Origin: Candidatus Aminicenantes bacterium | GTDB lineage: Bacteria; Acidobacteriota; Aminicenantia; Aminicenantales; Saccharicenantaceae | Assembly: GCA_963796835.1 (NCBI GenBank) | Contig: CAWCND010000022.1 | Coordinates: forward strand, 1-64,000 | Reading direction: 5' to 3' | Length of the DNA stretch: 64,000 nucleotides | In this document: positions 55,674 through 64,000 of the stretch, piece after piece | Position numbering within the stretch: the stretch's first letter is position 1 | How the letters are laid out: the number at the start of each line of letters is the position of its first letter | Notes under the pieces: model-generated | The model's database searches: none | Seen by the model: the letters and a program-made list of their open reading frames with translations, nothing else | What the model was told of the DNA's origin: nothing | Translations under genes and position numbers: made by a program

Positions 55674-56147
55674 TCACCGAAAATATTTCGCATAAATGAC
55701 GCGATCGTCGCCCGCCTTGTAATAATCAGGGATCCGGGCGACTTCCTTGTAGTCCAGGTTGATATAGAACTGCCGCGTGGGGTTGTACTTGGGCTGCGAC
55801 GAGGTCTCGATGATGATCATCCGGCCGCCGATCTTCAGGACCTCGGCCTCGAGCCACCGGACGAGCGCCTTCCCGTGCCCTTTCCCCTGCTCCGCCGGCG
55901 AAACCGCCATCCAGTACAGGTCGTAGCCGTCTTCTGCGAGCGGGGTCGGCCCCCAGGTCAGGTACCCGGCGACCCGCTTCCGCTCGTTCTCGATGACGAC
56001 GACCCGGTAATCCTCCTGCTCCGGGACGCCGAGACAGATGTCGATGAGCTCTTCGGCCACGTCGACCTCGGCGGGCGTGAACATCCCCGTGGCCCGGATG
56101 AGGTCGAGGACCGGCGCTTTATCTTGCGGCTGCAGCGGACGGATCAT
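55674..56147 (-). CDS. GNAT-family N-acetyltransferase (157 aa)
   Basis: Acetyl-CoA motif A region ...WMAVSPAEQGKGHGKALV.... 18 bp upstream of kamA. The 5' end overlaps ATP-grasp gene 1 by 29 nt, so the start is uncertain. Confidence 0.7.
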   Translation of the reverse strand: MIRPLQPQDKAPVLDLIRATGMFTPAEVDVAEELIDICLGVPEQEDYRVVVIENERKRVAGYLTWGPTPLAEDGYDLYWMAVSPAEQGKGHGKALVRWLEAEVLKIGGRMIIIETSSQPKYNPTRQFYINLDYKEVARIPDYYKAGDDRVIYAKYFR

Positions 56148-57153
56148 TCGTCTCTCTTCTCTTCATGGCGTTCTGAAGCATCGTCTTCCAGAAAGCCGCG
56201 TATTCGATGCCCGCCGCCTTCAGGGCCCGGGCGTATCCGGCGTTGAGGCTGATATCAGGGTTCGGGTTGACCTCGAGGATGAAGATCCGGCCTTTGCCGT
56301 CCATGCGGAAATCGACGCGGGCGTAATCCTGGCAGCCCATGGTCACGAACGCTTCGACCGCCACGGCCTGGAGCTTCTGGCGGAGCTCATCCTCGATGGG
56401 CGCGGGGCAGACCGGCGGCGTCTTCTGGTAGAGCGGATGGTCCTCGAACCACTTCGCCTCGTAGCCGCAGATCTTGGGCATCCCCTTGGGCATCTGGGAA
56501 AAGTCGATCTCGGAGACCGGCAGCGGCACGACCGACGCGTTCTCCATCACGGAGACGTTGAACTCCCGGCCGTCGATGTACGGCTCGATCAGGGCCGGCT
56601 GATGGTAGTTGTCGAGCACGCGCTGGACCTGCCGCCGGAAGTTCTCCTCGTCGTGGACGACGGACTCGGGGTAGATGCCGAGGCTCGCGTCCTCGGAATT
56701 CGGCTTGACGATAATCGGGAACTTGAGCTCGAGCGGCTGGCCGGCCAAGAACATGAGCTGGGCCGACGCGGTCGGGAGGTTGCACGACCGGAGGACGGCC
56801 TTGGCCTTGTGCTTGTCCTGGCAGATGGCCAGCGTCTTCGACTGGTTGCCGGTGAAGGCGATCCCCAGGAGCTCGAAGATGCCGGCGACGTTGGATTCCC
56901 ACTGGGGCCGGCCGAAAAATCCCTCGCAGAGATTGACGAGGACGTCGGGGTTCTCTTCCTTGACCCGGTTGAGGAAATTGAGAAGGCTCCGCTGGAGCGG
57001 GATGAGCGTCGTCCTGCACCCCAGGGTCTTGACCGCTTCGTTGACCTGCTGGGCCATCTCGGCCACGGACTCCTCGGACAGGCGCTCGCCCGTCCCCGTG
57101 GGTCTCGGTTCGAAGGCGTTGAAGACGATCCCGACGTGGGATGGAGGGTTCAT
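56119..57153 (-). CDS. ATP-grasp ligase of the D-Ala-D-Ala-ligase (Ddl/L-amino-acid-ligase) family, copy 1
   Basis: FELLGIAFTGNQSKTLAICQDKHKAKAVL, IIVKPNSEDASLGI, GREFNVSVM and RVDFRMDGKGRIFILEVNPNPD align with Ddl central and C-terminal domains. Confidence 0.7.
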   Translation of the reverse strand: MNPPSHVGIVFNAFEPRPTGTGERLSEESVAEMAQQVNEAVKTLGCRTTLIPLQRSLLNFLNRVKEENPDVLVNLCEGFFGRPQWESNVAGIFELLGIAFTGNQSKTLAICQDKHKAKAVLRSCNLPTASAQLMFLAGQPLELKFPIIVKPNSEDASLGIYPESVVHDEENFRRQVQRVLDNYHQPALIEPYIDGREFNVSVMENASVVPLPVSEIDFSQMPKGMPKICGYEAKWFEDHPLYQKTPPVCPAPIEDELRQKLQAVAVEAFVTMGCQDYARVDFRMDGKGRIFILEVNPNPDISLNAGYARALKAAGIEYAAFWKTMLQNAMKRRETNDPSAAAAR

Positions 57154-58259
57154 GCTCGAGCTGCTTGGACCGCCGGCCTCTCGACGACCGTGGGCCGGAC
57201 GCGGGTCGTCCGGAGAGCGCAGCGCTGCACGGCTTCGTCCACGACCCGGTGGATCAGGTCTGAATACGAATACCCCGCCGTCCGGGCCGCCTTGGGGAGG
57301 CAGGAGTTGTCCTCGGGGTTCGGCAGGATGCCCGGCAGGGGGTTGACCTCAAGGATGTTGGGCTCCCCCTTCTCGTCGAGCCGGACGTCGATCCGGCACC
57401 AATCCCGGATGCGGAGGACGGCGCAGGTCTTGGTGACGATCGTCTCGATCTTCCTTTTCAGGTCCGCGGACGTCTCGGCCGGGCACTTGAAGATCTCGAG
57501 AGGGCTCGCGGGGGTGTCCCAGATCCACTTGGCTTCGTACGAATAGATCGGCGCCGCGCCGGCGGGCAGCTGGCCGTGGTCGATCTCGACGATGGGCAGG
57601 ATCTCGTGGTTCGGATAGTTCCCGAGGACACCGACGGTGAACTCCCGCCCGCCGATGAACCGCTCGACGATCGCAGGCTGCTTGTACAGAGCGATGACCT
57701 CGTTGACGCGCTCGTGGAGCTCCGCGGCCGTCCGGACCAGGGAGTTGTTCTTGATCCCCTTGCTCGACCCTTCGAAGAGCGGCTTGACGATCGCCGGGAG
57801 CCGGATGCCGCTCGGGACATCTCCGGGCGATTCGATGATCCAGAACGGCGGGTTCGGGATCCGGTGGAAGGACAGGATCTCCTTGGCCCGCGATTTGTCG
57901 AGGCAGACGCCCAGGGTCAGCGGGTCCGAGCCCGTGTAGGGGATGTTCAGCATTTCGCAGACCGTGGGGATGTGCGACTCGCGGTTCGGCCCGAAGAGCC
58001 GCTCGGAGATATTGAACACGAGGTGGGGCTTGAGCCGCTTCAGACGAGCATAGGCCTTTTCATCGGACTCGATGCGGAAGACCTGATGCCGTTCCTGGAG
58101 GACCTGCTCAACGGCCGAGATGGTCTCGTCGGAATCGCATTCCGCGAGCAGGTCAGGTGGCGATGGAGGCTCGTCCTCCTCGTCCCGGCGTTCCTCGGGG
58201 CGACGAAAGAGCGTCGCTTCCATTCCCGATTTCGAGCTGCAAAGCAAAGCTACTTTCAT
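57150..58259 (-). CDS. ATP-grasp ligase of the Ddl/L-amino-acid-ligase family, copy 2 (N-terminal ~45 aa acidic extension)
   Basis: CEMLNIPYTGSDPLTLGVCLDKSRAKEIL, AIVKPLFEGSSKGI, GREFTVGVL and RIDVRLDEKGEPNILEVNPLPG. ATGA overlap with copy 1. Confidence 0.7.
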   Translation of the reverse strand: MKVALLCSSKSGMEATLFRRPEERRDEEDEPPSPPDLLAECDSDETISAVEQVLQERHQVFRIESDEKAYARLKRLKPHLVFNISERLFGPNRESHIPTVCEMLNIPYTGSDPLTLGVCLDKSRAKEILSFHRIPNPPFWIIESPGDVPSGIRLPAIVKPLFEGSSKGIKNNSLVRTAAELHERVNEVIALYKQPAIVERFIGGREFTVGVLGNYPNHEILPIVEIDHGQLPAGAAPIYSYEAKWIWDTPASPLEIFKCPAETSADLKRKIETIVTKTCAVLRIRDWCRIDVRLDEKGEPNILEVNPLPGILPNPEDNSCLPKAARTAGYSYSDLIHRVVDEAVQRCALRTTRVRPTVVERPAVQAARA

Positions 58260-58365
58260 CGCTCTTGATCCTTCAACTCAAATTCTCGTACGTTCCCTGC
58301 GCTGTCACCATGGGAATGTCCTGAGATTCTTTCTTCTACATTCTCTAAAATAAAAAATCATTCTA

Positions 58366-58393
58366 TATATAGTCCTATTTCACGAATTGTCAA
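58366..58393 (-). promoter_or_regulatory. Strong sigma-70-type promoter on the minus strand (TTGACA, 16-nt spacer, TATATA) about 100 nt upstream of the ATP-grasp/GNAT/kamA operon
   Basis: Reverse complement of 58366-58393 reads TTGACAattcgtgaaataggacTATATA. Lies in a 315-bp AT-rich gap. Confidence 0.55.
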
Positions 58394-58486
58394 GTTTTTT
58401 CTCCGGGTGAGCCACCTTTTTTTGTAGAGAAGAAGAAAATCGGCACCATTAGTGGTGTCAGATCCGCGCTTCTGCACGCCTCTCCA

Positions 58487-58534
58487 AAACCGGACGGCCG
58501 GCGATGAACAAAGAACGGCGACGGCCGGTCCGGA
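58487..58534 (-). terminator. Possible stem-loop terminator after the NhaD-like gene
   Basis: Minus strand CCGGACCGGCCG...CGGCCGTCCGG imperfect 11-bp stem followed by TTTTGG. No strong U-tract. Confidence 0.25.
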
Positions 58535-58574
58535 GTTTCTTTCGAAGACGGGCGTTGTCGAACTTCCGTTCGGA

Positions 58575-59822
58575 TCACCGGAAGAAAACGACCGTGACGA
58601 GGATGTAGAGCGGGATGAGGACGGCTCCCGAATAGGCCATGTAGCCGAAGAACGACGGCATCCTGACCTTGGAGTTCTCCGCGATGCACTTGACCAAGAA
58701 ATTGGGGCCGTTCCCGAGGTAGGAGTTGGCTCCCATGAAAACGGCCCCGGCGCTGATGGCCTTGAGGACGAGCGGCGGGATCCCCGCCGGAACGCCGCCG
58801 AGCCCGAGCCCCTGGGCCAGGGCGAAGAACGCGAGATACGTCGGGGTGTTGTCGAGGAACGCGGAGAGCCCTCCGGTGGCCCAGAAGAATTGCCATGGTC
58901 TCGTCATCCCCAGTTCCGCGGCCCGGGCATGGAGGATGAGAAGGGCCGGGACCATGGTCAAGAAGATCCCGGCGAAGAGGATGGCGACCTCCAGGATGGG
59001 GTCGTAGGCGAACCGGTTCTCCTCCCTCAGCGATCTTTTTGTCGTGGCGAGGGACAGTCCGGCCATGAGGATGAGGGCCCCCTCCCGGGCCGGGAACGGA
59101 AGGAACATCGCCCCGACAACGCCACCGACCCAGGCCAAGTTCAAGGTCCCTTTCACGCGGAGCGGCACGACCCGCTCGCGGTCGCGGATGATGTCTTTCA
59201 TCGTTTCCCGGTCGTACTGATAGCTGTCGAGAACGAAGAAGACGAGGAGGACGGCTCCGACCATGAGCGCCCAGACCGGGAAGAGGCGCAGCGTCCAGAA
59301 GAACGGGACGCCTTTGAGAAAGCCCATGAAGAGCGGCGGGTCACCGAGCGGTGTCAGAGAGCCGCCGATGTTCGAGACCAGGAAGATGAAGAAGATCGGG
59401 ACATGGGCCGTGCGATGCCGCTCGCGATTTGTCCGGAGCAGAGGCCGGATGAGGAGCATGCTGGCTCCGGTCGTCCCCACGAAGTTGGCCAGGACGGCGC
59501 CGATGAGGAGGAAGGCCGTGTTGACGAGGGGGGTCGCCCGGATGTCGCCGCGGACGACGACCCCGCCGGAGATGATGAAAAGGGCCGCGAGGAGGATCAT
59601 GAACGAGGCGTAATCCTTGACCGAGAGAAGGAGCCCGCGCGGCGCGCGGAGCAGGAACAGGACGACGACGGGGAGGGACCAGAGGGCCGCGACCAGCGCT
59701 TTGTTTCGGTGCCGCTCCCAGAATCGCCGGGCCCGCAGGGGGAGCAGGGCGATGGACAGAAGAAGCCCCACGAAGGGGACGAAGGTCCAAAGCGGCAGCG
59801 CGCGCCCGAAGCTATCGATCAT
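58575..59822 (-). CDS. ArsB/NhaD/CitMHS-superfamily ion-transporter permease
   Basis: 415 aa with ~11 TM helices. NhaD-like repeats (GSLTPLGDPPLFMGF, GLSAFLDNTPTYLAF). Confidence 0.6.
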   Translation of the reverse strand: MIDSFGRALPLWTFVPFVGLLLSIALLPLRARRFWERHRNKALVAALWSLPVVVLFLLRAPRGLLLSVKDYASFMILLAALFIISGGVVVRGDIRATPLVNTAFLLIGAVLANFVGTTGASMLLIRPLLRTNRERHRTAHVPIFFIFLVSNIGGSLTPLGDPPLFMGFLKGVPFFWTLRLFPVWALMVGAVLLVFFVLDSYQYDRETMKDIIRDRERVVPLRVKGTLNLAWVGGVVGAMFLPFPAREGALILMAGLSLATTKRSLREENRFAYDPILEVAILFAGIFLTMVPALLILHARAAELGMTRPWQFFWATGGLSAFLDNTPTYLAFFALAQGLGLGGVPAGIPPLVLKAISAGAVFMGANSYLGNGPNFLVKCIAENSKVRMPSFFGYMAYSGAVLIPLYILVTVVFFR

Positions 59823-59941
59823 CGCTTATCTATTGTAACGGAACATACCCGTTCCGCGAAAGGCCGGGACGGGCTCGGATCCATTTTTTTTCTCGATGGA
59901 TCGGATGAGAGCGGGCCTGCTGCCCATTCTTCCGTCTGGCC

Positions 59942-60802
59942 CTAAGGGAGGAACGCCATGGAGAGATAGAAGGCCCGGAGGGGGAGCTTCCTCCTGAGCG
60001 CTCTCCGCTCGACGGGCCTCTGGAGCGATTGGCGGTCGCTCGGCGGTGTCTGGAAGGAGAGGACGGCGCCGGCCTCGAACAGGCTTTCGAGGACGGGAAG
60101 CGGCAGGCCCGCCTGTACGTACACGGCCGCCCTGGAGCCGGCCGCCCGCGCGGCCCGGATGACGCCGAGGCCGAGTTCGGTCGGCGGGCCGGCCTCGAGG
60201 CTCCGGTCCGAGAAATGGACCCAGGCGCCTCGTGAAGCGATCTCCGTCAGGCCGGGGGTCAAAGGGCCGTGGTGATAATAAACGAAGTAACCGCGGCCGT
60301 CGGCTGCGCAATCCGCGAGCTCCGCCAGGGCGGCGGAGTCCCGGGCCTGTTCCCGGTTCGAGAGATGGACGTCCATTCCGGAGGCGGCGAGGTTCCGGAG
60401 CGCGGGCAGGGAAAGCCTCTCCGCGCCGGCATCCGGCCCGATCGGGCCGTTGTGGAGATAAGCGAGGAACGATCCGGAAGCCCGGCAGGCCTTCAGGAGC
60501 CTGGCGAGCTCCGCTTCGCCCGGCCGGGCCTCGGCCGACGTGTAGCAGCGGACCTTTTCCCGGATCAGCCATTCGAGGTCGCTTGGTTCGAACCGTCCCG
60601 TGTCGAGCAGGCTCACCCCGATCCCCTTCGTCCGGGCGGCCCGAGCCGTGTCGAGGAGGGCTTCCCGCCCGAACTGGTCATCCCGGATGACGATGTCGCG
60701 GCCGAGGCGGACCCGGTCGAGGAGCTCGTAGGTCCTGACGACGTCCTCGATGCCCTGTTCAACGGGATGTTTGTCCATGATCGGAATTTCAAGATATACC
60801 AT
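59942..60802 (-). CDS. Hypothetical protein with three ~45-aa internal repeats
   Basis: Repeats ...LLDTARAARTKGIGVSLLDTGRFEPSDLEWL..., ...LLKACRASGSFLAYLHNGPIGPDAGAERLSL... and ...LAELADCAADGRGYFVYYHHGPLTPGLTEI.... No known domain recognised. Confidence 0.4.
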   Translation of the reverse strand: MVYLEIPIMDKHPVEQGIEDVVRTYELLDRVRLGRDIVIRDDQFGREALLDTARAARTKGIGVSLLDTGRFEPSDLEWLIREKVRCYTSAEARPGEAELARLLKACRASGSFLAYLHNGPIGPDAGAERLSLPALRNLAASGMDVHLSNREQARDSAALAELADCAADGRGYFVYYHHGPLTPGLTEIASRGAWVHFSDRSLEAGPPTELGLGVIRAARAAGSRAAVYVQAGLPLPVLESLFEAGAVLSFQTPPSDRQSLQRPVERRALRRKLPLRAFYLSMAFLP

Positions 60803-60858
60803 CCGGGCCGACGAGTGTCAAATGGTCGGACAGGTCCTGGCCCGGCAAACCTCGCCGC

Positions 60859-61602
60859 TTGAAAAAGGCGTGGTTGTCATCTATCATCGGGGCGGAGCCG
60901 AGAAACGTGAAATCCTGTGCCGTCTTGTTTTCTGGCGGGATCGATTCGACGACCGCCCTCTACTGGGCGCTCGAACGATACGACAAGGTCTTTCCTCTGA
61001 CCTTCGATTACGGCCAGCGGCACCGGGTGGAAGTCCGGTTGGCCGGGCGGCTTGTCCGGAAGCTCGGGCTGGTTCGGACGGTCCTCAAGGTCGACCTGAG
61101 CCAGATCGGCGGCTCGGCCCTGACCGACCCTTCCATCCGCCTTCCCCGCTTCAAGGCGGCCACGCGGCTGCCGGCGGGCCCCCCCGCGACCTATGTCCCC
61201 TTCCGCAACGGCATATTCCTAGCCGTCGCGGCGGCCTGGGCGGAGGCGCGGGGCGTGCGGGACCTCGTCTGCGGGTTTCATATCATCGATTCGCCCGACT
61301 ACCCGGACACGCGGAGGGAGTTCGTCCGGGCCATGGAGCGGGCCATCAACCTCGGAACGGCGGCCGCGTTCGGCGGCCCGAAGGCCCGCGTCCTCGCGCC
61401 CTTCCTCGGCCTGAGCAAGGCCGAGATCATCCGGAGGGGGCTGGCGCTCGGAGCCGATTATTCGACTTCGGTCTCCTGCTACGCGGGCCGCGAGGCACCG
61501 TGCCGGACATGCTCGTCGTGCCTCCTGCGGAGCTCCGCTTGGAAAGAGGTCGGCCGCGACGACCCGCTCGTCGCCCGGCTCCGGAAGGAAGGAAGATCAT
61601 GA
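60859..61602 (+). CDS. queC: 7-cyano-7-deazaguanine synthase QueC
   Basis: SCAVLFSGGIDSTTA PP-loop. C-terminal Zn-binding cysteines (CYAGREAPCRTCSSC). Confidence 0.85.
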   Translation: MKKAWLSSIIGAEPRNVKSCAVLFSGGIDSTTALYWALERYDKVFPLTFDYGQRHRVEVRLAGRLVRKLGLVRTVLKVDLSQIGGSALTDPSIRLPRFKAATRLPAGPPATYVPFRNGIFLAVAAAWAEARGVRDLVCGFHIIDSPDYPDTRREFVRAMERAINLGTAAAFGGPKARVLAPFLGLSKAEIIRRGLALGADYSTSVSCYAGREAPCRTCSSCLLRSSAWKEVGRDDPLVARLRKEGRS

Positions 61603-61946
61603 GCTGGACACTTAAAGTCAGGGACAGGTTCTCCGCCGCCCACTATCTCGAAGGATACAAGGGAAAGTGCGAAAAGGTCCACGGCCACACGTTCCAGGTC
61701 GAGGTCGAGATCAGGGTCGAGGGACTCGACACGACGGGGATCGGGATCGACTTCACCCAAGTCAAGGAAAAGCTGGCCTCGGTCCTCCCCGATCACACGC
61801 TCCTTAACGATAGGTATCCCTTCAACCCTTCTGCCGAGAACCTGGCCCGCCACTTCTACGGCGAGCTCAAGAGATCTTATCCCATCCGGGCCGTGACGGT
61901 CTGGGAATCCGAGGATGCGTCGGCCACGTACGTTGAAGACGATTGA
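61599..61946 (+). CDS. queD: 6-carboxy-5,6,7,8-tetrahydropterin synthase QueD
   Basis: 115 aa. [28 protein letters not shown] (CxxxHGH motif). ATGA overlap with queC. Confidence 0.85.
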   Translation: MSWTLKVRDRFSAAHYLEGYKGKCEKVHGHTFQVEVEIRVEGLDTTGIGIDFTQVKEKLASVLPDHTLLNDRYPFNPSAENLARHFYGELKRSYPIRAVTVWESEDASATYVEDD

Positions 61947-62545
61947 GGTGTTCGCCTCCGTCCAGGGCGAGGGGCTCCGTCAGGGGGAACCGACTCTCTT
62001 CGTCCGCCTCGCCGGCTGCAACCTGCGATGCCCTTTCTGCGATACGAAACGCGCCTGGAGGGGCGGACAGCCAGAGGACGGTCGCCGAGATCGCGGACGA
62101 GGTCCGCGAGCTTTGGCAAGTCTGGCCGGCCCGTTGGGTCTGCTTGACGGGCGGCGAGCCGCTGGCCCAGGACATCGGCCCTCTTGTCCGGGCGCTCCGG
62201 CGGCAAGGCCTCTTCGTCCAGGTCGAAACGAACGGCACATTCGAGCCGGCCCCGTCCGTGGACTGGTACACGGTGTCCCCGAAACCTCCGGCCTATGCGT
62301 TCCACCCCGGCTTCAAGAAAAAGGCGCGGGAGGTGAAACTCGTCGTCAGCCGCGGCCTGACCGCCGAAACCGTTCGCGCGCTCCGCCGGGCTTTCCCTCT
62401 CTCGACCCCGATCATCCTCCAACCCCAAAGCAACGCCCCCTGGAGCCGGAGGAAAGCGATGAGGCTCATGAAAGAGGCCTCGCGCCAGGGCCTCGAAAAC
62501 ATCCGCGTCTCCGTCCAGCTCCATAAGATCTATGATCTAAAATAA
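61915..62545 (+). CDS. queE: 7-carboxy-7-deazaguanine synthase QueE (radical SAM). Apparent frameshift near 62050.
   Basis: [39 protein letters not shown] in one frame. ...[12 protein letters not shown]...VETNGT... in the other. Confidence 0.8.
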
Positions 62546-62823
62546 GAACTCGGAGACGGGGCGGCCCGGGCGATCAAGAGGGGAATGGCCGAAACGTCAT
62601 GCGCGGTTTAGCTTTCCTGGAGCTTTGCTAAATGGAATAGCCGGACGCAGGGAGGTTGCCTCGAAGAAAAGATTGAGTGCGATTCGGGCACGGCTGGAAA
62701 AGAGGGGTAGTCCCTGGAACAAGATGCAGGGACTCGTTTCAGATATTTCCCAGAAGTGCAGCTCCGGGCCGCTCCGCCACACTTCTGCTGGTCGCTCCCC
62801 AGAGTCCACTCCCTGCCGGAGGT

Positions 62824-63900
62824 CTAATACCGCTTCCAGAGGGCGCCCCAGTCCGTCTTCATGAACTTCCGGATGCGGCGCCGGCCGATCGTCGGGTACC
62901 ACAGGAGGTCGTGATAGACGTTGCTGGCGAGCGGGGCCCAGAAGACGAGCGGGGAATGGAGGAGGATCCTCTCGAGCGATCTCAGGAACCCCTTGCGGAT
63001 CATCTGATCGCCCCAGATGACGAAGCTCCGCCGCGTCTTGAAGCCGAAGTCGAGCCCCGTGATATCCGCGCCGGCGATCTCGATCTCCGCCGGGTCGCCG
63101 ACGCCGAGCCCGCGCTCGTGGGCCATCCGGATGAAGGGGATGCTCATCGGCTCGAAACCCATGATCCGGGCGGCGACCGCGTCGATGGCCAGCGAATCCC
63201 CGCTGGCGAGGATCAGGTTCTTGACGCAGGGGACCATGGTCCGCGGGCCGGCGCCGTCGCCGCAAACCGTCCCGTCCATGACGCAGAAGAGCCCGGGTGG
63301 AGCTCCCGCTGCATGATGAGGAGGTCGACCAGGACCTCATGGATGTGCTTGTGGGCGTAGTGGCGGACCTCCTTGAGGAGCCCTCCGAAGGCGTTCTTGA
63401 CCGCGCCGGTCGTCGTCGAGTGGCCGTGCGTCTTGACCGTCGGGAGATGGAGGATGTTCTTGCCGAGGAACATCTTCGGGATCTGGATCCCCTCCGGGAA
63501 GATCTCGCTCAACTTGAGGAGGGGGCTCCGGAACTCATGGACCGTCCATTCGACCTCGGGGAGCGGCGTGAAGCCGAGGCCGTATCTTTCGAGGACGGGC
63601 AGCCACTTGTTGTTCCGGGCGCCTTTCCGGGGATTGGTCACGACCGTCTTGTTCTCGATGGGGAAAAGCCTGTCCCGCGGAAAAACCGTCTTCGAGGAGG
63701 GTCCGGACGACGCCCTCGACCTGCCAAGGCTCGCTCGAGCAGGCCGGGAAGTATTTCGTCCAGGAAAGGTTGAGCTTGATCAGGGTGTCGCGGTCCTTCG
63801 GCAGAAACCGGCGGTAATCGGCCAGTTCCATCAGCCTCCGGTAATCATCGAGGACGGTCGCGGGGCTGGTATTGAGGACGGCGACTTTGGCCCGGGTCAT
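62824..63900 (-). CDS. DUF362-family protein (second copy, no Tat signal). Two apparent frameshifts.
   Basis: Segments similar to the 22686-23657 protein (KLNLSWTKY..., LPTVKTHGHSTTTGAVKNAFGGL, DGTVCGDGAGP...AIDAVAARIMGFEP). Confidence 0.55.
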
Positions 63901-63907
63901 TCTCGCC

Positions 63908-64000
63908 TCATTTGAAGTGAAGGATCAGGGCCGCGGCCACGATCCACAGGAAGATATCGAGGAGGAGCGGCTTGTCGTGGATGATCAGGGCCTCGGGCGT
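63908..64000 (-). CDS. 3' end of a hypothetical membrane-protein gene (5' part beyond the window)
   Basis: Open frame ending ...LLLDIFLWIVAAALILHFK* at 63908. Confidence 0.3.
   Translation of the reverse strand, partial: TPEALIIHDKPLLLDIFLWIVAAALILHFK

Noticed and set aside
58452-59945. 497-aa plus-strand ORF, Arg/Gly/Asp/Glu-rich
   Set aside because: It lies exactly antisense to the well-supported NhaD-like permease gene and has low-complexity RG/DE composition typical of shadow ORFs in high-GC DNA.

Overview
This is a 64-kb high-GC bacterial chromosomal segment with about 60 genes on both strands, many in operons with 4-nt start/stop overlaps.

Contents in order:
- 3'-truncated leuS
- FecE/FecCD/BtuF-type ABC importer trio
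- DUF948/YtxH stress-protein pair
- M20D amidohydrolase
- comEC
- rph
- Flotillin gene
- Aspartate aminotransferase fused to an unknown ~390-aa C-terminal domain
- Envelope/lipid block: PAP2, plsC, GT-C-like membrane protein, YfhO, Tat-signal DUF362 and a squalene-cyclase-like repeat protein
- Type IV pilus locus (pilA-like pilin, pilR, pilS, pilC, pilT, pilB). The pilin gene is driven by a textbook sigma-54 promoter (TGGCACG-N4-TTGCT), has an upstream palindrome and is followed by a clean intrinsic terminator.
- A lower-GC region of secreted hydrolases (S9 peptidase, S28 peptidase, GH27/36-like alpha-galactosidase with an NPCBM domain). It lies between three direct-repeat copies of the 3' part of the adjacent tRNA-Arg(TCT). 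This looks like serial tRNA-targeted islet insertions with no integrase left.
- tRNA-Arg(TCT) and tRNA-Pro(TGG)
- mutL, mtaB-like, purE, purD, a glyA-like gene, rpiB, ctp
- tatA and tatC
- Aldehyde dehydrogenase, a P-loop kinase and dCMP deaminase
- A two-SIS MurQ/GckR-like protein
- queC, queD, queE
- A second DUF362 gene

The best candidate for an undescribed system is a minus-strand cluster at 54.5-60.8 kb. It contains a repeat-containing hypothetical protein, an NhaD/ArsB-type permease, a strong TTGACA/TATATA promoter, two tandem Ddl-type ATP-grasp ligases, a small GNAT and a KamA-family lysine 2,3-aminomutase. I predict it makes (and possibly acetylates or exports) a beta-lysine-containing small peptide or solute.

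Many genes in the window show apparent frameshifts, including essential ones, so indel errors in the sequence are likely. Genes I describe as frameshifted were reconstructed by reading across frames.
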